64,000 bases of DNA. Source: Scyliorhinus canicula. Taxonomy: Eukaryota. A program made the translations under genes and the position numbers. Below are positions 39,106 through 51,289 of this stretch, in pieces. The stretch is from positions 185,716,267 through 185,780,266 of the forward strand of contig NC_052147.1 of NCBI RefSeq assembly GCF_902713615.1, given 5' to 3'. Position 1 is the first letter of the stretch, and the number at the start of each line of letters is the position of its first letter. The notes under the pieces were generated by a model, which was not told the origin of the DNA, ran no database searches, and saw nothing but the letters and a program-made list of their open reading frames with translations.

Positions 39106-39351
39106 TGTGGGTGGTATGGATATGAGCACTGGCATTGGCTCTGGCTGGTCATGTGCCTCTCATCCGATTGGTTGGGACTAGTCATGTGACTGCTCTCCAA
39201 TTGGTCTAGAGGCAAGTCCGAGGGGGGGTATAAGTACCCAGAGTTCCCGGAGGTCGGTCATTCTCTGTAGTCGACCACCGGGCTAACAACTAGCTGATTA
39301 AGCCACAGTTCGGATCCTAAATGTGTCTTGAGTCGAATTGATGGTACATCA
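39106..39351 (+). mobile_element. Solo LTR related to 6471-6724
   Basis: TG...CA ends; TSD GTATC (39101-39105 and 39352-39356); shares GGTCATGTGCCTCTC and a similar 3' end with the 6471 LTR. Confidence 0.85.
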
Positions 39352-40179
39352 GTATCCAGGGAATGTTCCATACTTGAGACAGAAATTTGCGTCTGTTTTC
39401 TTTTGGCGGATGACTTTTGTAAATTGAACGGCAAGAAGACACTATGGTTGATGAAGTGTTACCAAGCATTTAAACAAAAGAGTTCTTGTTTCAGAGGGGT
39501 CCAAATAATACATGGAGAAATGAGCAGAGGACCTACCCTAGACCACCACTACAACAAGTTATTATAACAAATAAACAAAAGAAACGTACACTTCGTTATC
39601 CATGTCCTTCGTGTTCTGCAGTGCCCATCAGTTATGGAATGCCTCAAGTGTGAAGCAGGCAGCATGTACTTCTTTCAGCATATGTTGAGTATTTCAATGT
39701 TTTCTATTTGTGTTTTAGACTCATCTGCAAGATTTTGCTCTGTGTTCACTCCATCAGAAGTGGATTAAAGGGATAATGTGAATTACCTGCATATTGCCTT
39801 TCCACTCATCGCCACTTGGTTTTTTTTTACTCATTCATTGTAATTATCTTTCCATTATTGTTTGCTGTTAATGGGCAACTGTTATTTATTTGCCTTTGTT
39901 GCAGACCCATGGCCCATAACTTCATGACTCCTCTGTGTCCAATTTGTAGAATACCTCAACAATGTGCTGGAGAGTCCCTTTCGCAAGTTCCCGGGTAAGG
40001 CATTACGTGGAGCAAACTTCCCCTGGATAATTGTGGTGCACTGGGAACCATTCAACAAAGCAATTTAAATTGTTAACTTTTACATCAATAGTTACTTTGA
40101 AACAATTAGAAGAAATAAAACCACTTCAATCTTAAGCATAACCATTTGAAACACACAGAGTGAGCCCCACACAGGACAA

Positions 40180-40760
40180 CCCAAGGCAGAGAATATAAGC
40201 AGTGAGTTATGACAGAGCTGTATAAAATGCTGGTTGGGTCACATCTGGAATATTATGCGCCACATTATAGGAAGGAAGTGATTGCACTCGAGAAGGTGCA
40301 GAGGGGATTCACCAGGATGTTGTCTTGGCTGGAACGTTTCAGCTATCCAGAGAGACTGGAAAGGCTGAAGTTATTTCCTTGAAGCAGAGTATGCTGAGGG
40401 GGAACCTGACTGAGGTGTTTAAAATTATGAGGGGTATAGAGAGGGTGGATAGGAAGGAACCTTTCCCATTAACCGAGGGTCAACAAGCAGAGGGCATAGA
40501 TTTAAGGTGAGGGACAGGAGGTTTAGAGGAGTTGTGAGGGAAACCTTTTTCACCCAGAGGGTGGTGGGAATTTGGAACTCACTGCCTGAAAGGATGGTAG
40601 AGGCAGGAAGCCTCACAACATTTAAGATGTATTTAGATGAGCACTTGAAGTGCCATTGCATGCAAGGCTACGGGCCAAGTGTAGAAATGGGGATCAGAGT
40701 AGATCGGGGCTTGATGGATGGCATGGACATTATGGGCCTCTTTCCATGCTATAAAATCTT
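40180..40760 (+). mobile_element. CR1 3' fragment
   Basis: LEKVQRGFTRML, LRGNLTEVFKIM, FFTQRVVGIWNSLP. Confidence 0.85.
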
Positions 40761-40839
40761 TAACACCTGAACTTCATCCACCCATGAACACCCCCTACAA
40801 TTAATCAGCCCCAAGGTAATTCCAAATGCCACATTCACC

Positions 40840-41500
40840 ACCCCCCCCCCCCCCCCTTCGCCCGCCACTGGTTTCCCCTACCCCCGACCCTAGCTGTACA
40901 GGACACAGCATCCCAAAAACAACCTGCAGGCACAACTTTCAGTCTCCCCCCAACCCATGATTCAACCCTCCACGCTGGTTAGCCACCCGGTGTGGACCCA
41001 AATCATTGCCCCCCCCCCCCCAACCACCCCTTCCATAGGGAGCAGATTGGACCTGACCCTACCCCAGCTGGACCCTCGCCCCAGACCCCCCTCCCCCCAG
41101 TCCCAGACTGCGCACCCAGACCCCAAAGCCCTCTCCTAGACCCAGAGTCCTGACCCCTCCCCTCCTGGATCTGGAACCTTGTCCACCAACCCGGATCTGG
41201 ACCCACTCCTTCAGATTTGGCCCCCTATGGACCCAGACCACCCTCCCCCAATCCTGGACGCAGACCTTCGGACCACCCTCTCAACCTGGATCCTCATCGC
41301 CTTCCTGGACCTCTCCTCCCCACGCCCCACCCAAACCATACCATGACCCCGCTCCTGAACCTGGATCCCCAACCTCTCTCCTGGACCCAACATATCCCAG
41401 AACTGGATCCCCGAGACCCCCTATCCCATCCTGGACACCAGACCTTCCTTTTGTACCCACAACCCCCTGCCTGGACTTTGACCCACTCCCTGATGACAGA
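40840..41500. repeat. C-rich degenerate repeat region (GGACCC / GGATCC motifs)
   Basis: Recurrent CTGGACCC / CTGGATCC and strong C skew. Confidence 0.55.
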
Positions 41501-41809
41501 CACGACATGCTCCCCATCTTGTTACCCTTGGAGTGTGTTGCTGATTAGTTGTGCTAAAGGGAATGTTTTGTAAAGTGAAGGATTCACAGCAGGTTGGGGG
41601 TTTTTTTGTCAAATATTTCAGAGGTTGATTCCCAGGTGTACTTTGAAACCTGGAACTTTGAAAGTTTTCGCTGTTCAGTGTCAAGTAGCTAGTTTCCAAG
41701 TCTAATTCAAGTGTGGCTGAACTGATGGCTCTGATCAACATACTGCTCTTTTAAGCAAACAAAGAAAACAGGGCTCTCTCACCATATTGCTTTTTACAAG
41801 TTAGGAGCG

Positions 41810-42470
41810 TAGGATTAGGAGTAGGTCAGACAGCACATCGAGCCTGCCCCGCGATCCAGTTTGATCATGTCTGATTATCTACCTCAATGCCTTTTTCCCA
41901 CACTATCCCTATATCATAAGACCATAAGAGCAGAATTAGGCTATTTGGCCCATCGATTCTGATACGTCATTCAATCATGGCTGATATGTTTCTCATCCCC
42001 ATTCTCCTGCCTTCTCCCCATAACTCCTGATCGCCTTATTAATCAAGAACCGATCTATCTCTGTGTTAAAGACACTCAGTGACCTGGCCTCCACAGTCTT
42101 CTGTGGCAAAGATTTCCACAGATTGATCGCCCTCTGGCTGAATAAATTCCTCCTCATCTCTGTTTGAAGGATCGTCCCTTCAGTCTGAGGCTGTGCCTTT
42201 GGATTCTAGTTTCTCCTACTAGTGGAAACATCCTCTCCACATCCACTATATCTAGGCCTCTCAGAATTCTGTAAGTTTCAATAAGATCCCCCTTCATCCT
42301 TCTAAAGTCCATCGAGTACAGACCCAGAATCCTCAACCGCTCCTCATATGACAAGCCCTTCAATCCAGGGATCATTCTTGTGAATCTCCTCTGAACCCTC
42401 TCCAAGGCCATCACATCCTTCCTTAGATACAGGGCCTAAAATTTCTCAAATGTTCCAAATGGGGTTTGGC
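41810..42470 (-). mobile_element. CR1 3' fragment(s)
   Basis: ALERVQRRFTRMIPGLKGLSYEERL, KGDLIETYRIL; tail with CATAAGAC repeats. Confidence 0.88.
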
Positions 42471-43627
42471 ATCTTTCCCACTCAGCAGCCACGAAGGACC
42501 CTCATCTATGTCCATATTTAATTAGTTATTGCCAGAGACTTGATACTGTATGTAATTCCAATGCTAAAAGCCACATGTATTGTCGGAGTGTTCACAATAG
42601 GGCCTGCCAGTATGTTTCCAACTATTATTTTTAATTTGCTTTGTTAGGGCTCTCCAGCTATTTCAATACAACTGTGCAGTCAACAGTTCCCAGACTTAAG
42701 CCTTCTAATTTGTTGCTGTCACCAAGTTCCTCATTGGCTCTCCTCCAAATTGCTGCCCTGGTACAATTCCCACCTCTCTATCCTTAAATATAAAGATTTC
42801 AGACTGGAATACACCTGAGCCAGCCTGATTATCTATCACCAGTCCATGCTCTACCACCGAAACAAAATAATGTTCCGAAAGATCTTTTCCTCAAACTCCA
42901 ATTAAATCACAGCTCCTCCTGTATTTCTGATGTCCTCCCCCAGCCGTCACCAAGTTGCTCACCTCCATGGGCCTATCTTTTGCCCCCTTAGTGTCTCTGC
43001 TGTTCCAACTTCTCATCCTTTCTTGTCCTTTGCCAAGCTTGCTGAAATTATCATTACTTCTGTTTCCTTGGGCTCTGTCCTTTGCACCTTTCAAAATGAT
43101 TGTTATCAACCTTTTCTCAAAAACCTCTCCCCAAGTATTTCCCTGTCTCCAACCTTCTATTCCTCTATTTCTTGATCAAGTAATTAGTACACAGCTCCAT
43201 GCCCACCTCTCAGTAATTTGAATTCCTCGACTCAGACTTCTAAACTGCCTACACGAACAAGATCATACTAGACAAAGTCACCAATTATATCTGCTATGTG
43301 TGTGGCCAAGATTCCTAATTCTCTTCGGCAAAAATAAGACTCAACATGTTTAGAGGATGCAACATTGCTCTTTTCCTCAGTGTGATGTTATTAGTTTGTA
43401 CTTTAAGGAACTTAGAGACACACAGTACACTTGGCCCATTAAGCTGGCACCGACAACTGAAAACTAATATACACTAATCCCACTTCCCAGCACTTGGCTC
43501 ATAACCTTGAAGTTATGACATTTCAAGTGCTCATCCAAGTACTTTTTCAAGGTTGTGACGTTTCCTGCCTCAACTATCCTCCCAGGCAGTTCATTCCAGA
43601 TTCCCACCAACCTCTGGGTGAAACTTA

Positions 43628-45602
43628 TTTGTTGGCAGCAGGGCAGGATTAGCGGACTCCCATGATAGCAAAACTGGCGCCACACGTGGACCGATTTAGC
43701 TATTGTTGACGGGCTAGCACCGGCGTCACGTGGAACACAATCAATGCCAATGAGAATTGGTGGCGGATGAGACGCGATTGACACTCAGGAGGCTGACAAG
43801 CTGCAGATACATATACAGACTTCACTCCCCACACACACAATCCCAGTAAACAAGATGGCAGCAAAGGGAGTGGCACCAACGTTCACGGATGCCGAGCTTG
43901 AGACGCTGCTGGATGCCTTGTAGGAGAAGCCCTGTACCCCGGCCCAGAAAGAGGCTGGCAGCTGTGGGGTTCTTTGTGATTCTTGTTATCAGGATGGATG
44001 TTGTAGTGTTCATAAACCACAGAAGCTAAGTTCATAAACAAAGCTAACATTTATTTACACCATTAATTAAGATCGAGCACTTACTCCTGTAGTAAAAAAT
44101 AACCTAATAAACTATAATCTACACTCAACTACACTAGGCTCAACACTCTTTCTATAACTGTACTGAACTCTCTATCACTGCTCTCTAGCTCTCCTCTCCA
44201 GCTCTCTCCCAGAAATATGCAAGTCACTTCTTTATATAGTTCTGCATCGAGCTCCATCTAGTGGTTAATTATGATATGACATTAACCTTTTGTTATCGGT
44301 ATACTGTCACAGCAGCCACCACCATTCGCCGTGTCTGGCCACAGGTGTCAGAGGCAGTAAGTGCCATCAGCAACACCATCCAGACCAACCCGGTCCACCA
44401 GGCTACACAGTGGCCCTCGTTGACACTGCGGACTCTGCCCCTGCATGTCCGCCCTCCACCATCCCCGCATCCCTGGCCCCATCAGTGCCTGGCACTGTGG
44501 GGGCTTCTGGCCCTGGCACCCATCTCTGTTGGCTGACGCTGCCCATGCCAGCAGTACCCTTTGCAGCCCCTGTCCAACAACACACTGTAGGGGCGAGTAT
44601 GGGCATCCCCCTTGGGTGAGTGGTGGACAGTTGGGCCCCCGGTGGTATGGTGGATGGTGGGGTGCGAGGATGGTGGGGTGGAGAGTGGGGCTGGGTGGGA
44701 GCACCCATACGGCCAGTGGTACTCTGCAGAACTTGGGGCCAAGGTGAGTTGTCAGTGGGGTGCACAGCAAGATAGCTGCCCTGCAGGCCGTGGCAATGGC
44801 GATCCGTGCATGGACACTGCCCCAGTCCCATGGGGGGTCACCCCGGGCCGACACTGTGGTGATATGCCAAGGGCTATGTCATAGTTGGATGGCGTACACC
44901 TCCAACCAGCAGGTGGCAGTACAGACAACCATGCGGTCTCTAGCCCAAGGTCATGTGACCTGTGACGCAGATATAAAGGCAAACACAGCCGGCCATCTTC
45001 AGAAGAAGATTGAGAGGGTTATAAGATGTACATGTAATGGTCAGGGCTAGGTGCAAGTTCCAGAGGAGTAGTTAGTAGATTCCGTGACTACGTGTGAGTA
45101 TTAGATTGCTATCTTACCACACAAGACTCAATAAAAGATTCCGGTTTGGACAAGTCAAAGTGTTTGGTGATTTCTTTTATGAAGTACAAAGGACCAAACA
45201 CACACACCGTTTCAAACCCCCACCCCCAGCCAGTCATGCCTGTATCAGGACCGGCAGCCCATGATCGTACCTCACCGTGTCCTACCTCCTCTCTCTCCCT
45301 CATCAGCCACAGCGTCTGTTTCTCGATTTTTAAAAGCACAAATGAATCTCGCCTTTGGGAATTCTCCCCAGTGGAGATGGAGAATCACGGAGGCCCCGAA
45401 GATTACTGGGCCAGGCCCCCTAATGATTTGCTAACGCCGTTTACTGTATGTGCGGATTGGAATGCATTGACATCGCTGTCGGGGCTAAGGAGAATTACGA
45501 TTTGGCTTGAAACCGACTCCTGCCACAATTTCGCCGTCAATTCCAACTCTCCGCCAACCACATTTCCAGATTCCGGCATCAGCTGATGCTGAATCCCGCC
45601 CC
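43628..45602 (+). mobile_element. Decayed Harbinger element with a Myb/SANT-like gene remnant
   Basis: MAAKGVAPTFTDAELETLLDAL* from 43855, continuing after the LTR as TTIRRVWPQVSEAVSAISNT; right TIR-like GAATCCCGCCC at ~45591-45601. Confidence 0.65.
43963..44311 (-). mobile_element. Solo LTR in the Harbinger Myb gene
   Basis: TGT...ACA ends; TSD GCAGC (43958-43962 and 44312-44316); minus-strand TATATAAA and AATAAA. Confidence 0.82.
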
Positions 45603-46112
45603 CTGTCTTTCACCTTAAAATTATGCCCCCTTTTTATTGACCTTTCAACTAAGGGGAGCAGCTGCTTTCTATCCACCCTGCCCATCACCCTCATAATCTC
45701 TGTTATATCCTGCCTGTTTACCACGGGCTGGGGACTAATGGCAATCCCACAATCCTTAGCGAGTATGAGCTTTTCCAATGAGGGGGTGCAGAGAAATCAT
45801 TAGCAGGTCCCTGCATAAATAAAGCTGGCCAGTATGGAACCAGCTAGAGAGGCATGAGCAGCAAGGGAGTTACTTCTGCTGTTGTGTATATATATAATAT
45901 ATATATTATATATATGTTATTGTAAATAAAGTTTTCTTTCTGTTCTATAATCTCGTGCTGGATTCTTCATGGCCCTCACAAAACTGGTGACGAGAGTTAA
46001 AGTGAATAGCTGTCTACGCTGCTGATGATGTGGCGATGCCGGCGTTGGACTGGGGTGAGCACAGTAAGAAGTCTTCCAACACCAGGTTAAAGTCCAACAG
46101 GTTTGTTTCAAA

Positions 46113-46147
46113 CACTAGCTTTCGGAGTACAGCTCCTTCCTCAGGTG
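46113..46147 (-). ncRNA. Minimal hammerhead ribozyme motif with one stem II mismatch
   Basis: Minus strand CACCTGAGGAAGGAGCTGTACTCCGAAAGCTAGTG. Confidence 0.65.
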
Positions 46148-46856
46148 AATGAAGAGGTATGTTCCACAAACATCTATATAGACAAATTCAAAGATGCCAG
46201 ACAATGCTTAGAATGCGAGCATTAGCAGGTAATTAAGTTGTTACAGATCCAGAGATAGGGGTAACCCCAGGTTAAAGTGGTGTGAATTGTCTCAAGCCAG
46301 GACAGTTGGTAGGGTTTCGCAAGCCCAGGCCAGATGGTGGGGGATGAATGTAATGCAACATGAATCCCAGGTCCCGGTTGAGGCCGTACTCATGTGTGCG
46401 GAACTTGGCTATAAGTTTCTGCTCGGCAATTCTGCATTGTCGCGCGTCCTGAAGGCCGCCTTGAAGAACACTTACCCGGAGATCAGAGGCTGAATGCCCT
46501 TGACTGCTGAAGTGTTCCCCGACTGGAAGGGAACATTCCTGGCTGGTGATTGTCGCGCGATGTCCGTTCATTCGTTGTCGCAGTGTCTGCATGGTCTCGC
46601 CAATGTACCACGCTTCGGGACATCCTTTCCTGCAGCGTATGAGGTAGACAACATTGGCCGAGTCACACGAGTATGTACCGCGTACCTGGTGGGGGTGTTC
46701 TCACATGTAATGGTGGCGGTACATACTCTTGCGACTCAGCCAACAGAATGCTCGCATATTGAGCATTGCCTGGCATCTTTGAATTTGTCTATATAGATGT
46801 TTCTGGAACATACCTCTTCATTCACCTGAGGAAGGAGCAGTGCTCCGAAAGATAGT

Positions 46857-47599
46857 GGGCGCGATTCTCCGCTCCCCTCGCTGGGTGGGAGAATCGTGGG
46901 AGGGCCGGGTGACTCACGACACGCCCCCCTGGCACCCCCCGCGATTCTCCCACCCACCGCTCGGATGAATCGCTGGTCGCCGTGATTCTCAGAATCGCGA
47001 ATGTCATAAAAGAATCGCGACCGGCGATTCTCGAGTGGCCTGATGTTCCCAACCGGTTCACGACGGCGGCAACCACACCTGGTCGTTGCCGTCATGAACA
47101 TGGGCGCCAAATGCTCGTTTGTGGCTTGTGGGGGGCGGAGAGGGGAGTGAGCACCACGGCCGTGCTCGGGAGGGGACTGGCCCGCGATCGGTGCCCACCG
47201 ATCGTCAGGCCAGCGTCTCAAAGCGACGCACTCTTTCCCCTCCGCCGCCCCTCAAGATCAAGCCGCCACGTCTTGCGGGGCAGCGGAGGGGAAGACGGCA
47301 ACCGCATGCGCGGGTTGGAGCCGTCAGCCGTCGTGATGTCAGCCGCGCATGCGCGGGTTGGAGCCAGCCAACCTGCGAATGCGCAGCTGACGTCACTTAG
47401 GCGCCGTCGTCACGTCATTCTCGGTGCGCCGCCTTGCTGCAAGCGTCAAGTCCCAGCGGCCGAGAGTTACGGAGTGTCGCTCCTAGCCCCCTGGGTGGGG
47501 GTGAATAAGATGTGAGGAACGGCCTCCAAGGCCGTCATGAAACTCGGGCGAGTTCACAACGGCCTTCCCGATTCCGCGCGGGAGCGGAGAATTCCGCCC
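46857..47599. mobile_element. Harbinger-type MITE (743 bp) nested in the Penelope inverted arm
   Basis: TIRs GGGCGCGATTCTCC / GGAGAATTCCGCCC; TSD AGT (46854-46856 and 47600-47602). Confidence 0.87.
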
Positions 47600-47732
47600 A
47601 GTGTTTGAAACAAACCTGTTGGACTTTAACCTGGTGTTGTAAGACTTCTTACTGTACGCTACTGAAGCCACCACCCTGGATTGTTGTTGAAGACAGGCTG
47701 GAAGTTTTTTTTCTGTTACACAATGCCTCTTT

Positions 47733-48149
47733 ATGGACGCTCGGATGTCTTTGATGCTGTGCTGGAGAGTTGGAACTAGTACACACAACGGATGCGTTAC
47801 TGTTTCCGGGCAAACAACATCACTGAAATCGAGTGCCAGGTGGGTCATTTTGCTCACTGCCTGCGTCCCGCATACGTTTGGAGTGATAAGGAGCCTTACG
47901 TACCCAGCAGCGCCGGTGACCAAGACGTTTGATGAACTTGTGACCTTAGTGGGGCAACATTTTAATGCAACCCCGTCCATAATAGTTCAGCGTTACCGGT
48001 TTAATACCGCTGAGAGGACCCCAGGAGAATCCCTTGCAGAGTTTCTATCCAGGCTACATAGGATTGCGGAGTACTGTGCCTATGGTGAGACATTGTCAGA
48101 AATGTTATGCAACCATTTGGTTTGTGGTATTAATAATGCAGCCACCAGA
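47733..48149 (+). pseudogene. Gypsy gag N-terminal part (continues at 50836 after the L1 insertion)
   Basis: KTFDELVTLVGQHFNATPSIIVQRYRFNTAERTPGESLAEFLSRL...LVCGIN, then KLLAEPTLTVQQAI. Confidence 0.85.
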
Positions 48150-50817
48150 AGGTGGAGGGGCTGGGTGCGCTGATTGAGCTGGAGGAGCTAGTTAAGGGGA
48201 TCGGGCAGATGCAGTCAGGGAAGGCACCGGGGCCGGATGGGTTCCTGGTGGAATTTTATAAAATGTTTGTGGACCTAGTGGGCCCCTTGCTAGTGCGGAC
48301 ACTCAATGAAGCGTGGGAAGGGGGGACGTTGCCCCCGACGATGTCGCGGGCGCGGATCTCGTTAATTTTAAAGAAGGACAAGGACCCCCAGCAGTGTGGT
48401 TCATACAGGCCCATATCTCTCCTCAACGTGGATGCTAAGGTGCTGGCAAAAATCCTGGCCACCAGGATAGAGGACTGTGTGCAAGGGGCTGTGCACGAGG
48501 ACCAAACAGGTTTTGTGAAGGGAAGGCAGCTGAACACGAATGTGCGGAGATTGCTGAATGTCATCATGATGCCGGCGATTGAGGGGGAGGCAGAGATAGT
48601 GGTGGCGCTGGATACGGAGAAGGCCTTCGATAGAGTGGAGTGGGGGTACCTATGGGAGGTGTTGGGGAGATTTGGATTTGGTGAAGGGTTCATTAGATGG
48701 GTAAGGCTGCTATATGATGCCCCGATGGCGTGCGTGGCCACGAATAGGAGGAGGTCGGAGTACTTCCGGCTTTACCGAGGGACCAGGCAGGGTTGCCCCC
48801 TGTCCCCCTTGTTGTTTGCACTGGCAATCGAGCCGCTGGCGATGGCGTTGAGAGATTCAGAGAGGTGGAGGGGCTTGGTGCGGGGTGGAGAGGAACATGG
48901 GGTGTCGTTGTATGCCGACGACCTGTTACTGTGTGTGGCGGACCCGGTGGGGGGGATGCCGGGAGTGATGGAGTTGCTAGCTGAGTTTGGGACCTTTTCA
49001 GGTTATAAATTAAATTTAGGCACGAGCGAGGTGTTTGTGGTGCACCCTGGAGACCAGGAGGAAGGAATTGGTAGGCTCCCGCTTAGGCAGGCAGGGGAGA
49101 GCTTTAGGTACCTGGGGTGCAGGTGGCCAGGGACTGGGGGACTCTTCACAAGCATAACTTCACCAGACTTGTAGATCAGATGGAGGAGGAGTTCAAGAGG
49201 TGGGACATGCTGCCATTATCGTTGGCGGGGGGGTACAGTCCGTCAAAATGACGGTGCTTCCGAGGTTCTTGTTCCTCTTTCAGTGCCTGCCCATCTTTAT
49301 CCCAGGGACTTCTTTAGGAGAGTGACTAGCAGTATTTTGAGCTTTGTGTGGGCACATGGGACTCCGAGAGTGAAGAGGGTGTCCTGGAGCGAGGGGGGGA
49401 TGGAGGTGGGCTGGCGCTGCCCAACCATCTGGGGTGCTGTTGGGCGGCCGGTTGTCGGTGGTGCGTGGGTGGGTGGTGGAGGGGGGAGGGCGGCGTGGAA
49501 AGGAATGGAGGTGGCGTCGTGTGGAGGTACGAGCCTGGGTGCCATGGTGGCGGCGCCGTTGCCGCTCTCCCCTAGGAGGTTTGCCGCGGGCCCGGTGGTG
49601 GCGGCGACCCTTAGAATCTGGGGACAGTGGAGACGGCATCGGGGGGAAACAGGGGGCTCGATGGGGGCTCCACTGGGTGGCGACCATCGGTTCGTCCCAG
49701 GGAACAAGGATGGGGGATTTAGGGGGTGGCAGGGGGTGGGCATCAGCAAATTGAGGGACCTGTTTATTGGCGGGAGGTTTGCGGGCCTGGGGGAACTGGA
49801 AGATAAATTTGGCCTTCCCCAAGGGAACATGTTCAGATATTTGCAGGTGGGGGCGTTTGCTGGGCGGCAGGTGGAGGGATTCCCTCTGCTGCCGTCGCGG
49901 GGGACGATGGACAGAGTGCTTTCGGGGGTGTGGGTCGGAGAAGGGAAGGTGTCTGACATCTATAAGGGAATGCAGGAGGTGGAGGAGTCGTCAGTGGAGG
50001 AGCTGAAGGCTAAATGGGAGGAGGAACTTGGGGAGCAGATAGAGGACGGGACTTGGGCGGATGCCTTGGAGAGAGTCAACTCTTCCTCCTCATGTGCGAG
50101 ACTTAGTCTCATCCAATTTAAGGTGCTGCACCGGGCCCACATGTCCGTGACTAGGATGAGTAGGTTCTTTGGGGGTGAGGACAGGTGCACCAGATGTTCG
50201 GGGAGTCCAGCGAACCACGCCCATATGTTCTGGGCATGCCCAGCACTGGAAGAATTCTGGAAGGGGGTGGCGGGGACGGTGTCGAGGGTGGTTGGATCCA
50301 GGGTCAAACCAGGGTGGGGACTCGCGATTTTTGGAGTAGCGGTAGAGCCGGGAGTACAGGAGGCGAAAGAGGCCGGTGTCCTGGCCTTTGCGTCCCTAGT
50401 AGCCCGACGAAGGATTCTGCTACAGTGGAAGGATGCAAGGCCCCCAAGTGTGGAGACCTGGATCAGTGACATGGTGGGATTTATAAAATTTGAAAGGGTC
50501 AAATTTGCCCTGAGAGGATCAATACAAGGGTTCTATAAACGATGGCAGCCTTTTCTGGACTTCCTGGCTCAAAGATAGGTAACTTGGTCAATAGCAGCAT
50601 CAACCCGGGGGGGGGGGGGGGGGGGGTTCCTTATTGTAGTGTCTATTCTGTAACTTTATATTGTGTTAATTTGCGTTGTTGTTAAAATGCTGTGTTGTTC
50701 ATGGAGGTGGGGCGAATGTTTATGATTGTTAATACTATTGTTATTTTTGGTATTTTACTATGGTGCGTTATTGTTGTATAAATTCTAAATTTTTCAATAA
50801 AAATTATTTAAAAAAAA
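48150..50817 (+). mobile_element. 5'-truncated L1-clade LINE (RT plus C-terminal CCHC), young, inserted in Gypsy gag
   Basis: KAPGPDGF, YRPISLLNVDAK, DQTGFVKGR, LDTEKAFDRVEW, GTRQGCPLSPLLF, LYADD, CTRC...HMFWAC, stop at 50578; AATAAA at ~50796 and poly(A); perfect 18-bp TSD AATAATGCAGCCACCAGA (48132-48149 and 50818-50835) at a TT/AATA site. Confidence 0.95.
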
Positions 50818-51289
50818 AATAATGCAGCCACCAGAGAAAGTTGTTAGCTGAGCCAACATTGACTGTTCAACAGGCCATTCGGATAGTATTGTCCCAAGAA
50901 AGCACGAACGGGGAGTGCAAGAGCTACAAGGAATGGAGGTGCACAACTTGGGGCGCAACCCCTTCCATCCAAAGACATGTCCCCCCATACCTGCCTTGCC
51001 TTGGGTGGGGCGGCATCTGGATCAACGCTAGTGGCCGCCAGACGTTCCTCCCCAAAGTGAGCCTTCTCCAGAACCGATGGATGAGGAGCCATGTCCGTGT
51101 CAGACTTGTGGGCGCCGGCCCCGTCGCGGACACCAGTCCTGGGGGCGCCAGAGGCACCGTCGTTCCGACAGAAACTGGGGCCAGCCCAGAGGCCGTACCT
51201 TCCATTTGGATGAACCCGCGGCAACTACTTCCGAGGATGTGGAGGCGGAGGACGACTGTCTGCAGCTGCATAGTGTGGCAGCGCCCTGT

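Larger units (their letters stand above)
46026..47654 (-). mobile_element. Penelope-like element: GIY-YIG endonuclease 3' part with an inverted terminal copy, nested in the Gypsy leader
   Basis: ORF 46272-46592 TLRQRMNGHR...PVGEHFS..GHS...EQKLIAKFRTHEYGLN; upstream NVVYLIRC...YIGET; inverted copy at ~46740-46856 plus 47600-47654; TSD-like TACGCTGCTGA / TACGCTACTGA. Confidence 0.88.

Noticed and set aside
48152-50578. Intact RT gene, retron-like or defence RT system
   Set aside because: It is a 5'-truncated, frameshifted L1 with poly(A) and a TSD.
50607-50626. Long G/C homopolymers as a special signal
   Set aside because: They lie inside TE UTRs, introns or MITEs, and their lengths are unreliable in assemblies.
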